Of a DNA stretch of 62,380 bases, positions 1-8,768 are shown in pieces. The position numbers were made by a program, and so were the translations under genes. Each line of letters opens with the position of its first letter. Positions within the stretch are counted from its first letter, which is position 1. The DNA is from Nanobdellota archaeon (GTDB taxonomy: Archaea > Nanobdellota > Nanobdellia > Woesearchaeales > JAHWHD01), in the NCBI GenBank assembly GCA_034722435.1, contig JAYENX010000050.1:1-62380 (forward strand). Direction: 5' to 3'. The notes under the pieces are model-generated. The model was not told where the DNA came from. It did no database searches and saw only the letters and a program-made list of their open reading frames with translations.

Positions 1-110
1 TTTCCGGTCTTAAGAACTGCATCAACAGAAGCATGCGCAACCTGTGCTGCCAATTTACCTTTAGGAAGTTTCAAATCTTGTCTTACCAAGATTACTTGTT
101 TGTATGCCAT
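1..110 (-). CDS. pth2: peptidyl-tRNA hydrolase, archaeal/eukaryal type (Pth2); N-terminal fragment that runs off the window edge
   Basis: Reverse translation from the ATG at 108-110 gives MAYKQVILVRQDLKLPKGKLAAQVAHASVDAVLKTG. The GKLAAQxxHAS block matches the conserved Pth2 N-terminus. Confidence 0.6.
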   Translation of the reverse strand, partial: MAYKQVILVRQDLKLPKGKLAAQVAHASVDAVLKTG

Positions 111-211
111 ATCAAAATTAATATTTAAGGTATTTAAAAATTTAACTGTAAATATTATCAATTATTATAAAAAATCCAAAAAACAAATAGAAATATACAA
201 AATTAATAATT

Positions 212-655
212 TTATTTTAAATCAAGAAGATACTCATCTTCAGAATCTATAATATTACCAGTTCGTTTAAAGCCTAATTTTTTATACAATGAAATAGCTT
301 TATTATTATTCGCAAGAACACTTAAAACCAAAACATCTAGACCTTTATTAATTGCATCATTAATAATTAACTTAAGAGATTCTTCACCATATCCTTTACA
401 TCTATAATCTTCTGCAATCATCATTCGCCAAATCCAAAACCGTTTATCATTAGAAAAATCATCTACTCCATACATGACAAATCCAATCATAACTTCATCT
501 AAATACACTCCATAAATATTCATACCAGGATAAAATTGTACTTGCGCAATAGAAAATAAATTTGAAGTGACATAATTTCTATGATCATCACTAATCTTTA
601 AATTAACAGCATCTTTCCAATTATCTTTATTTATTTTAATAAGTTTAACTACCAT
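212..655 (-). CDS. GNAT-family N-acetyltransferase
   Basis: Acetyl-CoA-binding motif-A-like stretch RCKGYGEESLKLII and a C-terminal AISLYKKLGFK motif. The ATG at 655 (MVVKLIKI) is preferred over the TTG at 670 used by the ORF track. Confidence 0.75.
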   Translation of the reverse strand: MVVKLIKINKDNWKDAVNLKISDDHRNYVTSNLFSIAQVQFYPGMNIYGVYLDEVMIGFVMYGVDDFSNDKRFWIWRMMIAEDYRCKGYGEESLKLIINDAINKGLDVLVLSVLANNNKAISLYKKLGFKRTGNIIDSEDEYLLDLK

Positions 656-686
656 TTTTAAATTAAACAATCAAATCAAAATCTAT

Positions 687-1802
687 TCATTTCAATAATA
701 TCCTTGGTTCAACTAAGTCCGGCATTTTCTCTACAAGATTCAAAGCTTCCAAACTAATTTTACCATAATAAAGTTTCTTGATACTGCCGCCTTTCTTAAA
801 ATATTTCTTTAACATAAGATAACCTTTCAAATAGACATGATCTTTTGTGCATCCACCAGGCTGTGAAGTATCAGATATTCCTCGCTTTGCACGCATCGTA
901 ATTTTATAAGCAGTCAATCTACTAAAAAACTTAAGCAGATACGTATAAATTTCTGAAAAAGAACATTCAAGCGCCATATTCGTCGCTATTACCCTGCCAG
1001 CATACTTTTTTAAAGTCGCATTATCAAGAAGACCCATCCTTTCCTCATTTATCACTGCAAGACCTTCCTCAGTAGCTATATAATTTGGAAAACCTGATGA
1101 AAAAAGTTTCAATTCTTGCAAAGCACCATTCTCCGCTCTCAAGACATGCGATCCAATCTCGTGAACAATCAATCTTTTAACATAATTATCAGTAAAATTC
1201 TGCCCTCTACGAAGCAACACCGTTTTATCAGAAATATTCACATAAGCAGAACTTCCCAAACCATTTATTTGTTTTATTTTCCACTCTTTAAGTCCATAAT
1301 CCTCCAAACCACGTTGCAACATCGGTATATACTTATCAGATTTCAATTTCTTCACATCCTTAACAACAGAAAGTTCAATCAAATCTTTTGCTTTCCTTAC
1401 AAGAGACTGTGTTGGCTTTCCATAAACTCGCATACAATACTTTGTAAATCTTGAAGTACCAATATTTTTAAGCATAGAAATTTTATCAAGATGATGCTTT
1501 TTTGCCATCTCAAGAACTTCATGATAAGGTCCGGTAGGAATTTTAAGCTTCTTCAACCGTCTTTTAAGCAAATCCAGACTAAACCTTATCTTTCTATACT
1601 TAAACTGCGGATTATATGAAGGATCTGCAAAACATTTCTGTTTCTCAGCCACTGAATTGATAGGGTTAATATACAAAAACGAAAGTTTCTTTGAAGCCCT
1701 ATCAAGTACATAATCTGCATGTTTAGTCTCTGCATCCATAGAATTATTATATTTCAACCATTTAAAAACCTTCCTTTTCAAAAAAATGTTATGAAAACAC
1801 AT
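687..1802 (-). CDS. DUF1704 / QEGLA-motif putative metallopeptidase
   Basis: HEIGSH (an HExxH motif) is followed by ATEEGLAV, a QEGLA-type motif, as in the flavohemoglobin-expression-modulating QEGLA protein family. The ATG at 1802 is preferred over the GTG at 1808. Confidence 0.55.
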   Translation of the reverse strand: MCFHNIFLKRKVFKWLKYNNSMDAETKHADYVLDRASKKLSFLYINPINSVAEKQKCFADPSYNPQFKYRKIRFSLDLLKRRLKKLKIPTGPYHEVLEMAKKHHLDKISMLKNIGTSRFTKYCMRVYGKPTQSLVRKAKDLIELSVVKDVKKLKSDKYIPMLQRGLEDYGLKEWKIKQINGLGSSAYVNISDKTVLLRRGQNFTDNYVKRLIVHEIGSHVLRAENGALQELKLFSSGFPNYIATEEGLAVINEERMGLLDNATLKKYAGRVIATNMALECSFSEIYTYLLKFFSRLTAYKITMRAKRGISDTSQPGGCTKDHVYLKGYLMLKKYFKKGGSIKKLYYGKISLEALNLVEKMPDLVEPRILLK

Positions 1803-1815
1803 ATCCACAAGTAAT

Positions 1816-1860
1816 CACAATCACTTTAAAGAGACAACAGAAAAGAAACATTTATATATT
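1816..1860 (+). promoter_or_regulatory. Copy 1 of a conserved ~43-nt promoter element (upstream box + BRE-like AGAAAC + TATA TTTATATA)
   Basis: The sequence cacaatcactttaaagagacaacagaaaagaaacatttatatatt aligns with the copies at 19021, 22627 and 25951. The TATA centre lies 27.5 nt upstream of the ATG at 1882. Confidence 0.55.
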
Positions 1861-1881
1861 CTAAACCCATAGCTAATTAAC

Positions 1882-1962
1882 ATGAACATAAAACAAATAG
1901 CAAAACCTGTAATTGTTTTACTTAGTTCAGCTTCTACATCCACTACAACAACAACTGCGTAA
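1882..1962 (+). CDS. 26-aa mini-ORF MNIKQIAKPVIVLLSSASTSTTTTTA (Thr-codon run), possibly leaderless
   Basis: The ATG is placed at the expected transcription start of promoter copy 1. Six of the last eight codons are Thr. It lies 107 nt upstream of thrS. Coding status is unproven. Confidence 0.3.
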   Translation: MNIKQIAKPVIVLLSSASTSTTTTTA

Positions 1963-2075
1963 GCAGTTCATTTACCCTAAAGTTCTTGCAACCACAATCT
2001 CAAGGACTTGATTCAAATATAAAAAAAACAAAACTATATAAAAACCCGAAAAATAACTCAAACAAGGTGATGTAC

Positions 2076-3965
2076 ATGAAAATAGAATTCCCTGACGGAT
2101 CAAAAAAAGAATACAACCAACCAATAACCGGCCTTGACATTGCTAAAGGCATCTCTGAAGGTCTCGCTAGAGTAGCTTTCGCTATCGAAGTAAACGGCTC
2201 TATCCAGGATATGAACCGAGAAATCAAAGAAGACGCAAAAATTAAAATCATAACATGGAAAGATGAAGAAGGAATTGAAATTTTCAGACATTCATCTGCC
2301 CATTTATTAGCAGAAGCAGTCTTAAGAATATTTCCAAGAGCTAAACCAACTATAGGTCCTGCTGTTGAAGAAGGATTTTATTATGACTTCGCTATGCCTC
2401 CACTTAAACCTGAAGATTTAGAAAAAATTGAAGCAGAAATAAAAAAGATAATCAAAGAAAAAAAACCTTTCGAAAGAAAAGAAGTATCTAAAAAGGAAGC
2501 TCTTAAACTTTTCAAAGATAATAAGTACAAAATAGAAATGATAAACGCCTTAGAAGAAGGTACAATATCTATCTATCAAATGGGTTCTTTTATCGATTTA
2601 TGCCGAGGTCCACACGTCCCTAATACAGGATATATCAAAGCTGTAAAGTTAATGAAAATTTCTTCTGCATACTGGAGAGCTGACGCAAAAAACGACTCTC
2701 TTCAAAGAATCTACGGAATATCATTCCCTGATAAAAAAGACCTTAAAACACATCTTAACCTTCTTGAAGAAGCAAAAAAACGTGACCATAAAAAGATAGG
2801 TAAAGAAATGGAACTTTTCTCAGTTCATCCTGAAGGCCCAGGATTTCCATTTTTCCATCATAAAGGTTTAGTTATCTGGAACAAACTATTAGAGTTATGG
2901 AGAGATGAACATAAAAAAGCAGGTTACACTGAACATAAAACCCCTATCATTCTTAACAGAGAATTATGGGAAACATCAGGTCACTGGGAAAACTATAAAG
3001 AAAATATGTATAGTTTAAAAATTGATAAACAAGAATTTGCAATAAAACCTATGAACTGCCCAGGAGGCATGCTTTTGTATAAAGAAAAAGTACATTCATA
3101 CAAAGAACTTCCTATTAGAGCAGGAGAAATAGGTCTTGTTCATAGACACGAAATGTCAGGCGTGCTTAACGGCCTATTAAGAGTAAGAGCATTTCATCAA
3201 GACGATGCACATATATTCATGACAATTGACCAAATCAAGGACGAAATTTTGGGCGTAATTAATCTTGTAGATAAAATATACAAAATATTCGATTTAGACT
3301 ACAATCTAGAACTTTCAACACGTCCAGAAAAGTCAATAGGTACAGATGAACAATGGGAAATTGCAACAACCGAATTACAAGCAGCTCTAGATTCAACCGG
3401 AAAAGATTACAAAATAAATGAAGGAGACGGCGCATTTTACGGTCCTAAAATTGACTTCCATATCAAAGATTCTTTAGGAAGAACCTGGCAATGTGCAACA
3501 ATCCAATTAGACATGTCACTCCCAGAAAGATTTGATCTTAACTATGACGGCCAGGATGGACACAAACATCGGCCAGTAATGATTCATCGTGTTGTATATG
3601 GCGCTATCGAAAGATTCCTAGGAATTTTAATAGAACATTACGCAGGTAAATTCCCGTTATGGATATCACCAAACCAGGTTAAGGTATTAACAGTTGCTGA
3701 CAGGAACAACGACTACGCCATTGAAATAGCAAACAAGCTAAGACAAGAAGATTTCCTTGTAGACACAGATTTCCGTTCAGAATCGATCCCTAAAAAAGTA
3801 AGGGATGCACAGATACAAAAATATAACTACATTCTTGTAATTGGCGACAGCGAACAAAAAAACAAAACTGTAAATATCAGAACAAGAGATAACGAAGTAC
3901 TTGGAGAAGCTAAACTTAACAAACTTATCAAGGACATGAAAAAAGAAGTTCAAGATAAAAATTAA
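2076..3965 (+). CDS. thrS: threonyl-tRNA synthetase with TGS domain and bacterial-type editing domain
   Basis: TGS-like N-terminus KIEFPDGSKKEY, editing-domain motif HSSAHLLAEAV, class II core (FRHEMSG-like VHRHEMSGVLNGLLRVRAFHQDDAHIF) and an anticodon-binding C-terminus. AGGTGAT Shine-Dalgarno at 2065-2071. The start is ATG 2076 or 2070. The TTG at 1986 is rejected. Confidence 0.95.
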   Translation: MKIEFPDGSKKEYNQPITGLDIAKGISEGLARVAFAIEVNGSIQDMNREIKEDAKIKIITWKDEEGIEIFRHSSAHLLAEAVLRIFPRAKPTIGPAVEEGFYYDFAMPPLKPEDLEKIEAEIKKIIKEKKPFERKEVSKKEALKLFKDNKYKIEMINALEEGTISIYQMGSFIDLCRGPHVPNTGYIKAVKLMKISSAYWRADAKNDSLQRIYGISFPDKKDLKTHLNLLEEAKKRDHKKIGKEMELFSVHPEGPGFPFFHHKGLVIWNKLLELWRDEHKKAGYTEHKTPIILNRELWETSGHWENYKENMYSLKIDKQEFAIKPMNCPGGMLLYKEKVHSYKELPIRAGEIGLVHRHEMSGVLNGLLRVRAFHQDDAHIFMTIDQIKDEILGVINLVDKIYKIFDLDYNLELSTRPEKSIGTDEQWEIATTELQAALDSTGKDYKINEGDGAFYGPKIDFHIKDSLGRTWQCATIQLDMSLPERFDLNYDGQDGHKHRPVMIHRVVYGAIERFLGILIEHYAGKFPLWISPNQVKVLTVADRNNDYAIEIANKLRQEDFLVDTDFRSESIPKKVRDAQIQKYNYILVIGDSEQKNKTVNIRTRDNEVLGEAKLNKLIKDMKKEVQDKN

Positions 3966-4033
3966 CTTTTTTATTTTTCAATTTAAAATATTTTACTTTC
4001 AAAAAAGAGGCATAGCGACTTAGGAGGAGAAAA

Positions 4034-4339
4034 ATGGCAGAAGCACTACCGGAAAGAATAATTCCCAAAAAACCAGTTCAGTTTATTCAAGACACAGTTG
4101 AAAATATAATTAAAAATAACGCAAAAATTCAACTACATTATGAATTGGGTAATTTCTTAACAGGAATTCTAGGAAACGAACATCTTTATGTTAGGAGTCT
4201 TGAAGAACTAACTAACGCCAATCTTGAAGGTCTAAACGAATGCGTTACAGTTATTGAAGACATGAAAAGAAGTCCTAAAAATTATCAAAGCGAACTTAAA
4301 AACCTCACAGGATACTGCACAGATTTAATGGAACATTAA
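4034..4339 (+). CDS. hypothetical protein (101 aa)
   Basis: A strong Shine-Dalgarno (taggaggag) precedes the ATG. No recognisable motifs. Confidence 0.5.
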   Translation: MAEALPERIIPKKPVQFIQDTVENIIKNNAKIQLHYELGNFLTGILGNEHLYVRSLEELTNANLEGLNECVTVIEDMKRSPKNYQSELKNLTGYCTDLMEH

Positions 4340-4407
4340 TTTGTTTCATTAAATTTATAAACACATTAAGTATTAATATATTCTAAAGAAGATAGTTTAA
4401 GTTATCA

Positions 4408-5418
4408 ATGACATTTTCAATAAAAAAAGGTTTTAGACAATTTCTTATACGTTTAGGAATATTTGCAATTATTCTATACTTAATTGTTCCAGCGATTATC
4501 AATTTTTTTGCAAAAAACAAACAACTAGCATTCATTTATAGAGGAGATTACATAGATATCTTCATAATAAGCGTAGTTATAACATTCACACTTCTAAAAA
4601 GACAAGAACTATTAAAAATTAAACCTTATAAAAATAACATCATAGAAACCAGCATATTTACCATCATTTCAGGTTTATTTTTCTATTTACTATACTATAA
4701 CAAATATTTAATTAATCTTTCATATCTTGCAACCCATTCAAGAACTGTTATAATGTTCACATTTCTATTCTATATTCTTGGAATAATTTTTCTAGGACTT
4801 GCAATATTTAACATGAAAATATTTTACAAATTTTTTAATAGTATCATAAGTTCAATAGGAATTTTAATTGTATATATATGCTCAATCTTAATACTCAATT
4901 CGCATTGGAGATTTTTCGCAAACCTAATTGCCAAAGGTTCAGCTTTTTTATTACGTTTAACATTTAACAATGTCATACTAGACCTTTCAAAAACTGACCC
5001 ATTACTAGGTGCTGAACAATTTTCAGTAATTATAGGTTCACCTTGTTCAGGAATCACATCCTTAAGCATGTTCATAGGCCTTTTTCTTTTAATTACGATT
5101 ATAGATTATAATAAATTAATAAAAAATAAGATATTCCCTTATTTAACAGCAGGCATAATTGGAATGTTTGCAGTAGCCACTCTAAGAGTATACGCTTTAA
5201 TGGTTGTTGGAATCAAAATTTCACCAGAATACGCTTTAAACGCTTTCCATAACAACGCAGGATGGATATTCTTCATAACATATCTCATCATTTTCTGGTA
5301 CTTTGTATATCCTAAACTATTTAAAAAGGCAAATAAAAAACCTAAAACAATAAAAACAGCTAAAAAGAAAACAAAAAATAGAAGAAAAAAAAGCAATAGT
5401 AAAGCACGTAAGAAGTAA
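4408..5418 (+). CDS. exosortase/archaeosortase-family transpeptidase-like membrane protein with a Lys/Arg-rich C-terminal tail
   Basis: Polytopic membrane ORF. It has a Cys motif (IGSPCSGITSL), an Arg (ATLRVYALMV) and a His (AFHNNAGWIFF) in the order and spacing of the archaeosortase catalytic triad. The tail reads KKANKKPKTIKTAKKKTKNRRKKSNSKARKK. Confidence 0.6.
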   Translation: MTFSIKKGFRQFLIRLGIFAIILYLIVPAIINFFAKNKQLAFIYRGDYIDIFIISVVITFTLLKRQELLKIKPYKNNIIETSIFTIISGLFFYLLYYNKYLINLSYLATHSRTVIMFTFLFYILGIIFLGLAIFNMKIFYKFFNSIISSIGILIVYICSILILNSHWRFFANLIAKGSAFLLRLTFNNVILDLSKTDPLLGAEQFSVIIGSPCSGITSLSMFIGLFLLITIIDYNKLIKNKIFPYLTAGIIGMFAVATLRVYALMVVGIKISPEYALNAFHNNAGWIFFITYLIIFWYFVYPKLFKKANKKPKTIKTAKKKTKNRRKKSNSKARKK

Positions 5419-5451
5419 TATTTATAAACAAACTCTGTTTCTGTGTACACT

Positions 5452-6801
5452 ATGGTACTTGACAAACTTGGCGGCTCTTTAAAGAATACACTACAAAAAA
5501 TAGCCAGTTCCATGTTCGTAGATGAAAAATTAGTAAACGAATTAGTTAAAGATATCCAGCGCGCTTTACTTCAATCAGATGTAAATGTTAAACTTGTTTT
5601 TGAACTAACAAACTCTATCAAAAAAAGAATCCTAAAAGAAGATACACCTGCGGGACTAACTAAAAAAGAATATTTAATAAATGTAGTATATGAAGAACTA
5701 ACCCAATTCTTGGGAGCAAAAGCTCACGAAATTAACATAAATAAAAAACCTACAAAAATTATGCTTGTAGGTCTTTTCGGTAACGGTAAAACTACAACAG
5801 CTGCTAAACTTGGAAAATATTTTCAAAAACGTCAATCAAAAGTTGCATTAATATCAACCGATACATGGAGACCTGCAGCTTTCGAACAACTTAAACAGCT
5901 AGGAGGACAAATCAATGCTGATGTTTTCGGAAACCCTGAACTAAAAGATCCTATTAAAATCTATAAATCTTTTGAACCTAAACTTTCAAAATACGATATA
6001 ATTATAATTGATACAGCAGGACGTGACGCACTTTCTGATGAACTGATTGAAGAACTTAACAGTATCAACAACGTCGTTCAACCTGACGAAACAATACTTG
6101 TAATGGCGGCCGATGTTGGACAAGCAGCACAAAAACAAGCAGAAACATTTGCAGAAACATGCAAAGTATCTGGCGTAATAATAACAAAGCTTGACGGTAC
6201 TGCTAAAGGTGGTGGCGCATTAACCGCTTGTTCAGTAACTAAAGCTCCAGTCAAATTCATAGGTATAGGCGAGAAAATTGACGACCTTGAAGTTTTTAAC
6301 CCTGAACGGTTCGTAGGACGACTTCTCGGAATGGGAGATCTTGCTACATTACTTGAAAAAGCTCGAGATGCTATCTCAGAAGAAGATGCTCAAGACCTAG
6401 GTAAGAAATTTTTGAAAGGTAAATTCAACCTTCTTGACCTTTACGAACAAATGCGTGCAATGTCAAAAATGGGCCCTCTAGGTAAAATAGTCGAAATGAT
6501 TCCCGGATTTTCACAACTCAAACTCCCTAAAGATGCTATCAAGGTACAAGAAGGAAAATTAAAAAAATGGCGAAATATAATGGACAGCTGTACAAAAAAA
6601 GAACTTGAAGAACCAGAAATAATTTCAAGAAACAGAATTGACAGAATTTCTCGAGGTTCAGGTTGTGGAGCCAGCGAAGTAAGAGAGCTCCTTAAACAAC
6701 ATAAACAAGCAAAAAAGATGTCAAAAATGCTCAAACCAGGCAAAGGAAATAACATGCAACAAATGATGAAAAAGTTCCAAGGTAAATTTCCGGGTAAATA
6801 A
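5452..6801 (+). CDS. srp54: signal recognition particle protein SRP54
   Basis: GTPase motifs GLFGNGKTTT, DTAGR and TKLDG, plus a Met-rich M domain. The canonical N-terminus MVLDKLGGSL starts at ATG 5452. The GTG at 5443 is rejected. Confidence 0.95.
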   Translation: MVLDKLGGSLKNTLQKIASSMFVDEKLVNELVKDIQRALLQSDVNVKLVFELTNSIKKRILKEDTPAGLTKKEYLINVVYEELTQFLGAKAHEININKKPTKIMLVGLFGNGKTTTAAKLGKYFQKRQSKVALISTDTWRPAAFEQLKQLGGQINADVFGNPELKDPIKIYKSFEPKLSKYDIIIIDTAGRDALSDELIEELNSINNVVQPDETILVMAADVGQAAQKQAETFAETCKVSGVIITKLDGTAKGGGALTACSVTKAPVKFIGIGEKIDDLEVFNPERFVGRLLGMGDLATLLEKARDAISEEDAQDLGKKFLKGKFNLLDLYEQMRAMSKMGPLGKIVEMIPGFSQLKLPKDAIKVQEGKLKKWRNIMDSCTKKELEEPEIISRNRIDRISRGSGCGASEVRELLKQHKQAKKMSKMLKPGKGNNMQQMMKKFQGKFPGK

Positions 6802-6971
6802 ATTCTAAATAAAATAATAATAAAATTAAATATTATAAGTAATATACTTGTTTTGCTCGAGCTTTATTAAAAGGTCGTGATGCACAAGTTCCAAGGTAAA
6901 TTTCCAGGTAAATAAATTCTAAATAAAATAATAATAAAATTAAATATTATAAGTAATATACTTGTTTTGCT
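6772..6971. repeat. Two 86-bp direct repeats (6772-6857 and 6886-6971, 1 mismatch) separated by 28 bp
   Basis: Each copy contains the last 9 codons of srp54 (KFQGKFPGK plus stop) and the downstream hairpin aagtaatatactt plus T-run. The second copy is preceded by atgcac, giving a mini-ORF MHKFQGKFPGK. Confidence 0.9.
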
Positions 6972-7020
6972 TAATCAAACAAAAATATATATAAATAAAG
7001 AATTCCACATTTAAATTGAT

Positions 7021-8295
7021 ATGATAATAGCAGATCTACACATTCACGGAAGACATTCTCAAGCAACTTCTAAAGATATTAATATCCCAAACTTAGAAAA
7101 ATGGGCAAACATCAAAGGCGTTGACCTTTTAGGAACAGGCGATTTTACACATCCAAAATGGATTGAACACTTAAAAGAAGAACTTACTGATGACGGTTCA
7201 GGAATATTAAGAACAAAAACAAACTTTCCATTCTTACTTCAAACAGAAATATCTTTAATATATAGCCAAGACGGTAAAGGACGAAGGATACACAATGTTA
7301 TACTTGCACCAAACTTTGAAGTCGTACAACAAATAACCGACTACTTATTAACAAAAGGACGGATAGATTATGACGGCAGACCCATTTTCGGAATACCCTG
7401 TCCAGAATTTGTTGAAAGTCTAAAAAAGATAAGTAAAAAGATAGAAATTATCCCCGCACATATATGGACACCTTGGTTCTCTCTCTTCGGTTCAAAGTCT
7501 GGCTTTGATAGAATCGAAGATTGCTTTAAAGATCAAACAAAACATATCCACGCTTTAGAAACTGGGCTAAGCAGCGACCCGGCAATGAACTGGCGCATCT
7601 CAGCTCTTGATAAATATTCACTTATTTCGTCATCAGATCTTCATTCGTTCTGGCCTTGGAGAATTGGGAGAGAAGCCACTTTATTTGACTTAAAAAAGCT
7701 TACTTACGACAATATAATAAAAGCGCTCAGAACAAAAAAAGGCCTTGCAGAAACTATTGAAGTCGACCCAAACTACGGAAAGTACCATGTTGACGGTCAC
7801 AGAAAATGTAATGTTAGATTCACTCCTGAACAAACAAGAAAATTGAGAGGTATCTGTCCAGTATGTAAAAAACCTCTAACCATAGGAGTTCTTTACAGGG
7901 TTGAAGAACTAGCAGACAGACCGGAAGGGTTTAAACCAAAAAACGCTAAACCTTTCAGAACGCTCATACCCCTTTCTGAAATACTATCTAAAGTTCTTGG
8001 TAGAGCTCTCAATACAAAAACGGTCTGGACAGAATACAACAAACTTCTTACAGAATTTAAAAGCGAAATGAACATCCTACTTAATGTTAACAAGAAATCT
8101 CTTACAAAGATTACAAATGAAAAAATTGCAAATATTATTATGAATAACAGAATTGGCCAAATAGAGGTTCAACCAGGTTTTGATGGAGAATACGGAGTCC
8201 CTGTATTCAATGATAAAGACAGACAAAAATTCGCTGAAATAGATATAGAAAAAAATAAAAATAATAACCCACAAAAAGGTTTAGATCAATTCTAA
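7021..8295 (+). CDS. endonuclease Q (PHP-like nuclease acting on deaminated bases)
   Basis: Motifs ADLHIHGRHS, GTGDFTHP, PAHIWTPW, ETGLSSD, SSDLHS and GKYHVDGH, a zinc finger CPVCKKPLTIGV, and C-terminal PGFDGEYG. The architecture and length match EndoQ. Confidence 0.8.
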   Translation: MIIADLHIHGRHSQATSKDINIPNLEKWANIKGVDLLGTGDFTHPKWIEHLKEELTDDGSGILRTKTNFPFLLQTEISLIYSQDGKGRRIHNVILAPNFEVVQQITDYLLTKGRIDYDGRPIFGIPCPEFVESLKKISKKIEIIPAHIWTPWFSLFGSKSGFDRIEDCFKDQTKHIHALETGLSSDPAMNWRISALDKYSLISSSDLHSFWPWRIGREATLFDLKKLTYDNIIKALRTKKGLAETIEVDPNYGKYHVDGHRKCNVRFTPEQTRKLRGICPVCKKPLTIGVLYRVEELADRPEGFKPKNAKPFRTLIPLSEILSKVLGRALNTKTVWTEYNKLLTEFKSEMNILLNVNKKSLTKITNEKIANIIMNNRIGQIEVQPGFDGEYGVPVFNDKDRQKFAEIDIEKNKNNNPQKGLDQF

Positions 8296-8768
8296 TTTAA
8301 GTCTTTGAACCATCTAACTGCATTACCTACAATTGTAAGTCTAGCAGCCGCTCCAGGTAAAACTGTATATTGATAATCTCCAGGTTCTTCAAAAGTATAA
8401 GACCACTTATCTCCAGGTTTTAATAAAGGACTCTCAAAATTTGAAAATCTATCACCCTTTATCCTATACTCACGATCATCCTCACCATCAACATGCTTAT
8501 TAACCCAAATAATCTCCTGCCCAACTTTTACTTTAGGATTAAAAGGGGTAATCTGTCTCGCAGCCACAATCTCTATCACTACAGGTTCAAGTCCTGCACC
8601 ATTCCCTTCCTCGACCAAAACTTCAGCAGGCATTTCTTCAATCGGTTCAATAGACCCATCCTTAGCCAATCCAGATTGAGATGTATCCGCATCAGAAACT
8701 TTCGCACAACCAATTGCAAACACTAAAAGCAATACCAATATTAACGAAATATATTTCATCTTTATCAT
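8292..8768 (-). CDS. lipobox protein with C-terminal cupredoxin-like domain lacking Cu ligands (paralog 1 of 4)
   Basis: Signal peptide plus lipobox (FAIGC). The C-terminal domain reads VKVGQEIIWVNKH...GDKWSYTFEEPGDYQYTVLPGAAARLTIV. Its start overlaps the upstream stop (ATGA). Confidence 0.6.
   Translation of the reverse strand: MIKMKYISLILVLLLVFAIGCAKVSDADTSQSGLAKDGSIEPIEEMPAEVLVEEGNGAGLEPVVIEIVAARQITPFNPKVKVGQEIIWVNKHVDGEDDREYRIKGDRFSNFESPLLKPGDKWSYTFEEPGDYQYTVLPGAAARLTIVGNAVRWFKDLN

Noticed and set aside
1116-1454. Other internal or antisense track ORFs, including 2000-2291, 4824-5075, 5139-5513, 6078-6755, 7893-8274, 8493-9046, 11259-11933, 13228-13674, 13972-14304, 16666-17283, 36714-37736, 41078-41710, 53074-53976, 57758-59812 and 61177-61743
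   Set aside because: Each lies entirely within, and opposite or out of frame to, a longer ORF that has clear family motifs. None has its own start signal.
1986-2069. Long N-terminal extensions implied by the ORF track (TTG 1986 for thrS, TTG 22626 for secA, 52284 for dtdA, TTG 12788 for lonB, GTG 5443 for srp54, TTG 15117 for ZIP)
   Set aside because: These upstream codons are non-ATG and they overlap promoter TATA boxes or upstream genes. Internal ATGs reproduce the canonical family N-termini and fit Shine-Dalgarno or leaderless spacing.
6772-6971. Possible CRISPR array or other multi-copy repeat array
   Set aside because: There are only two copies, the repeat includes coding sequence from srp54, and there are no cas genes. 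Nowhere in the window is there a repeat-spacer periodicity.
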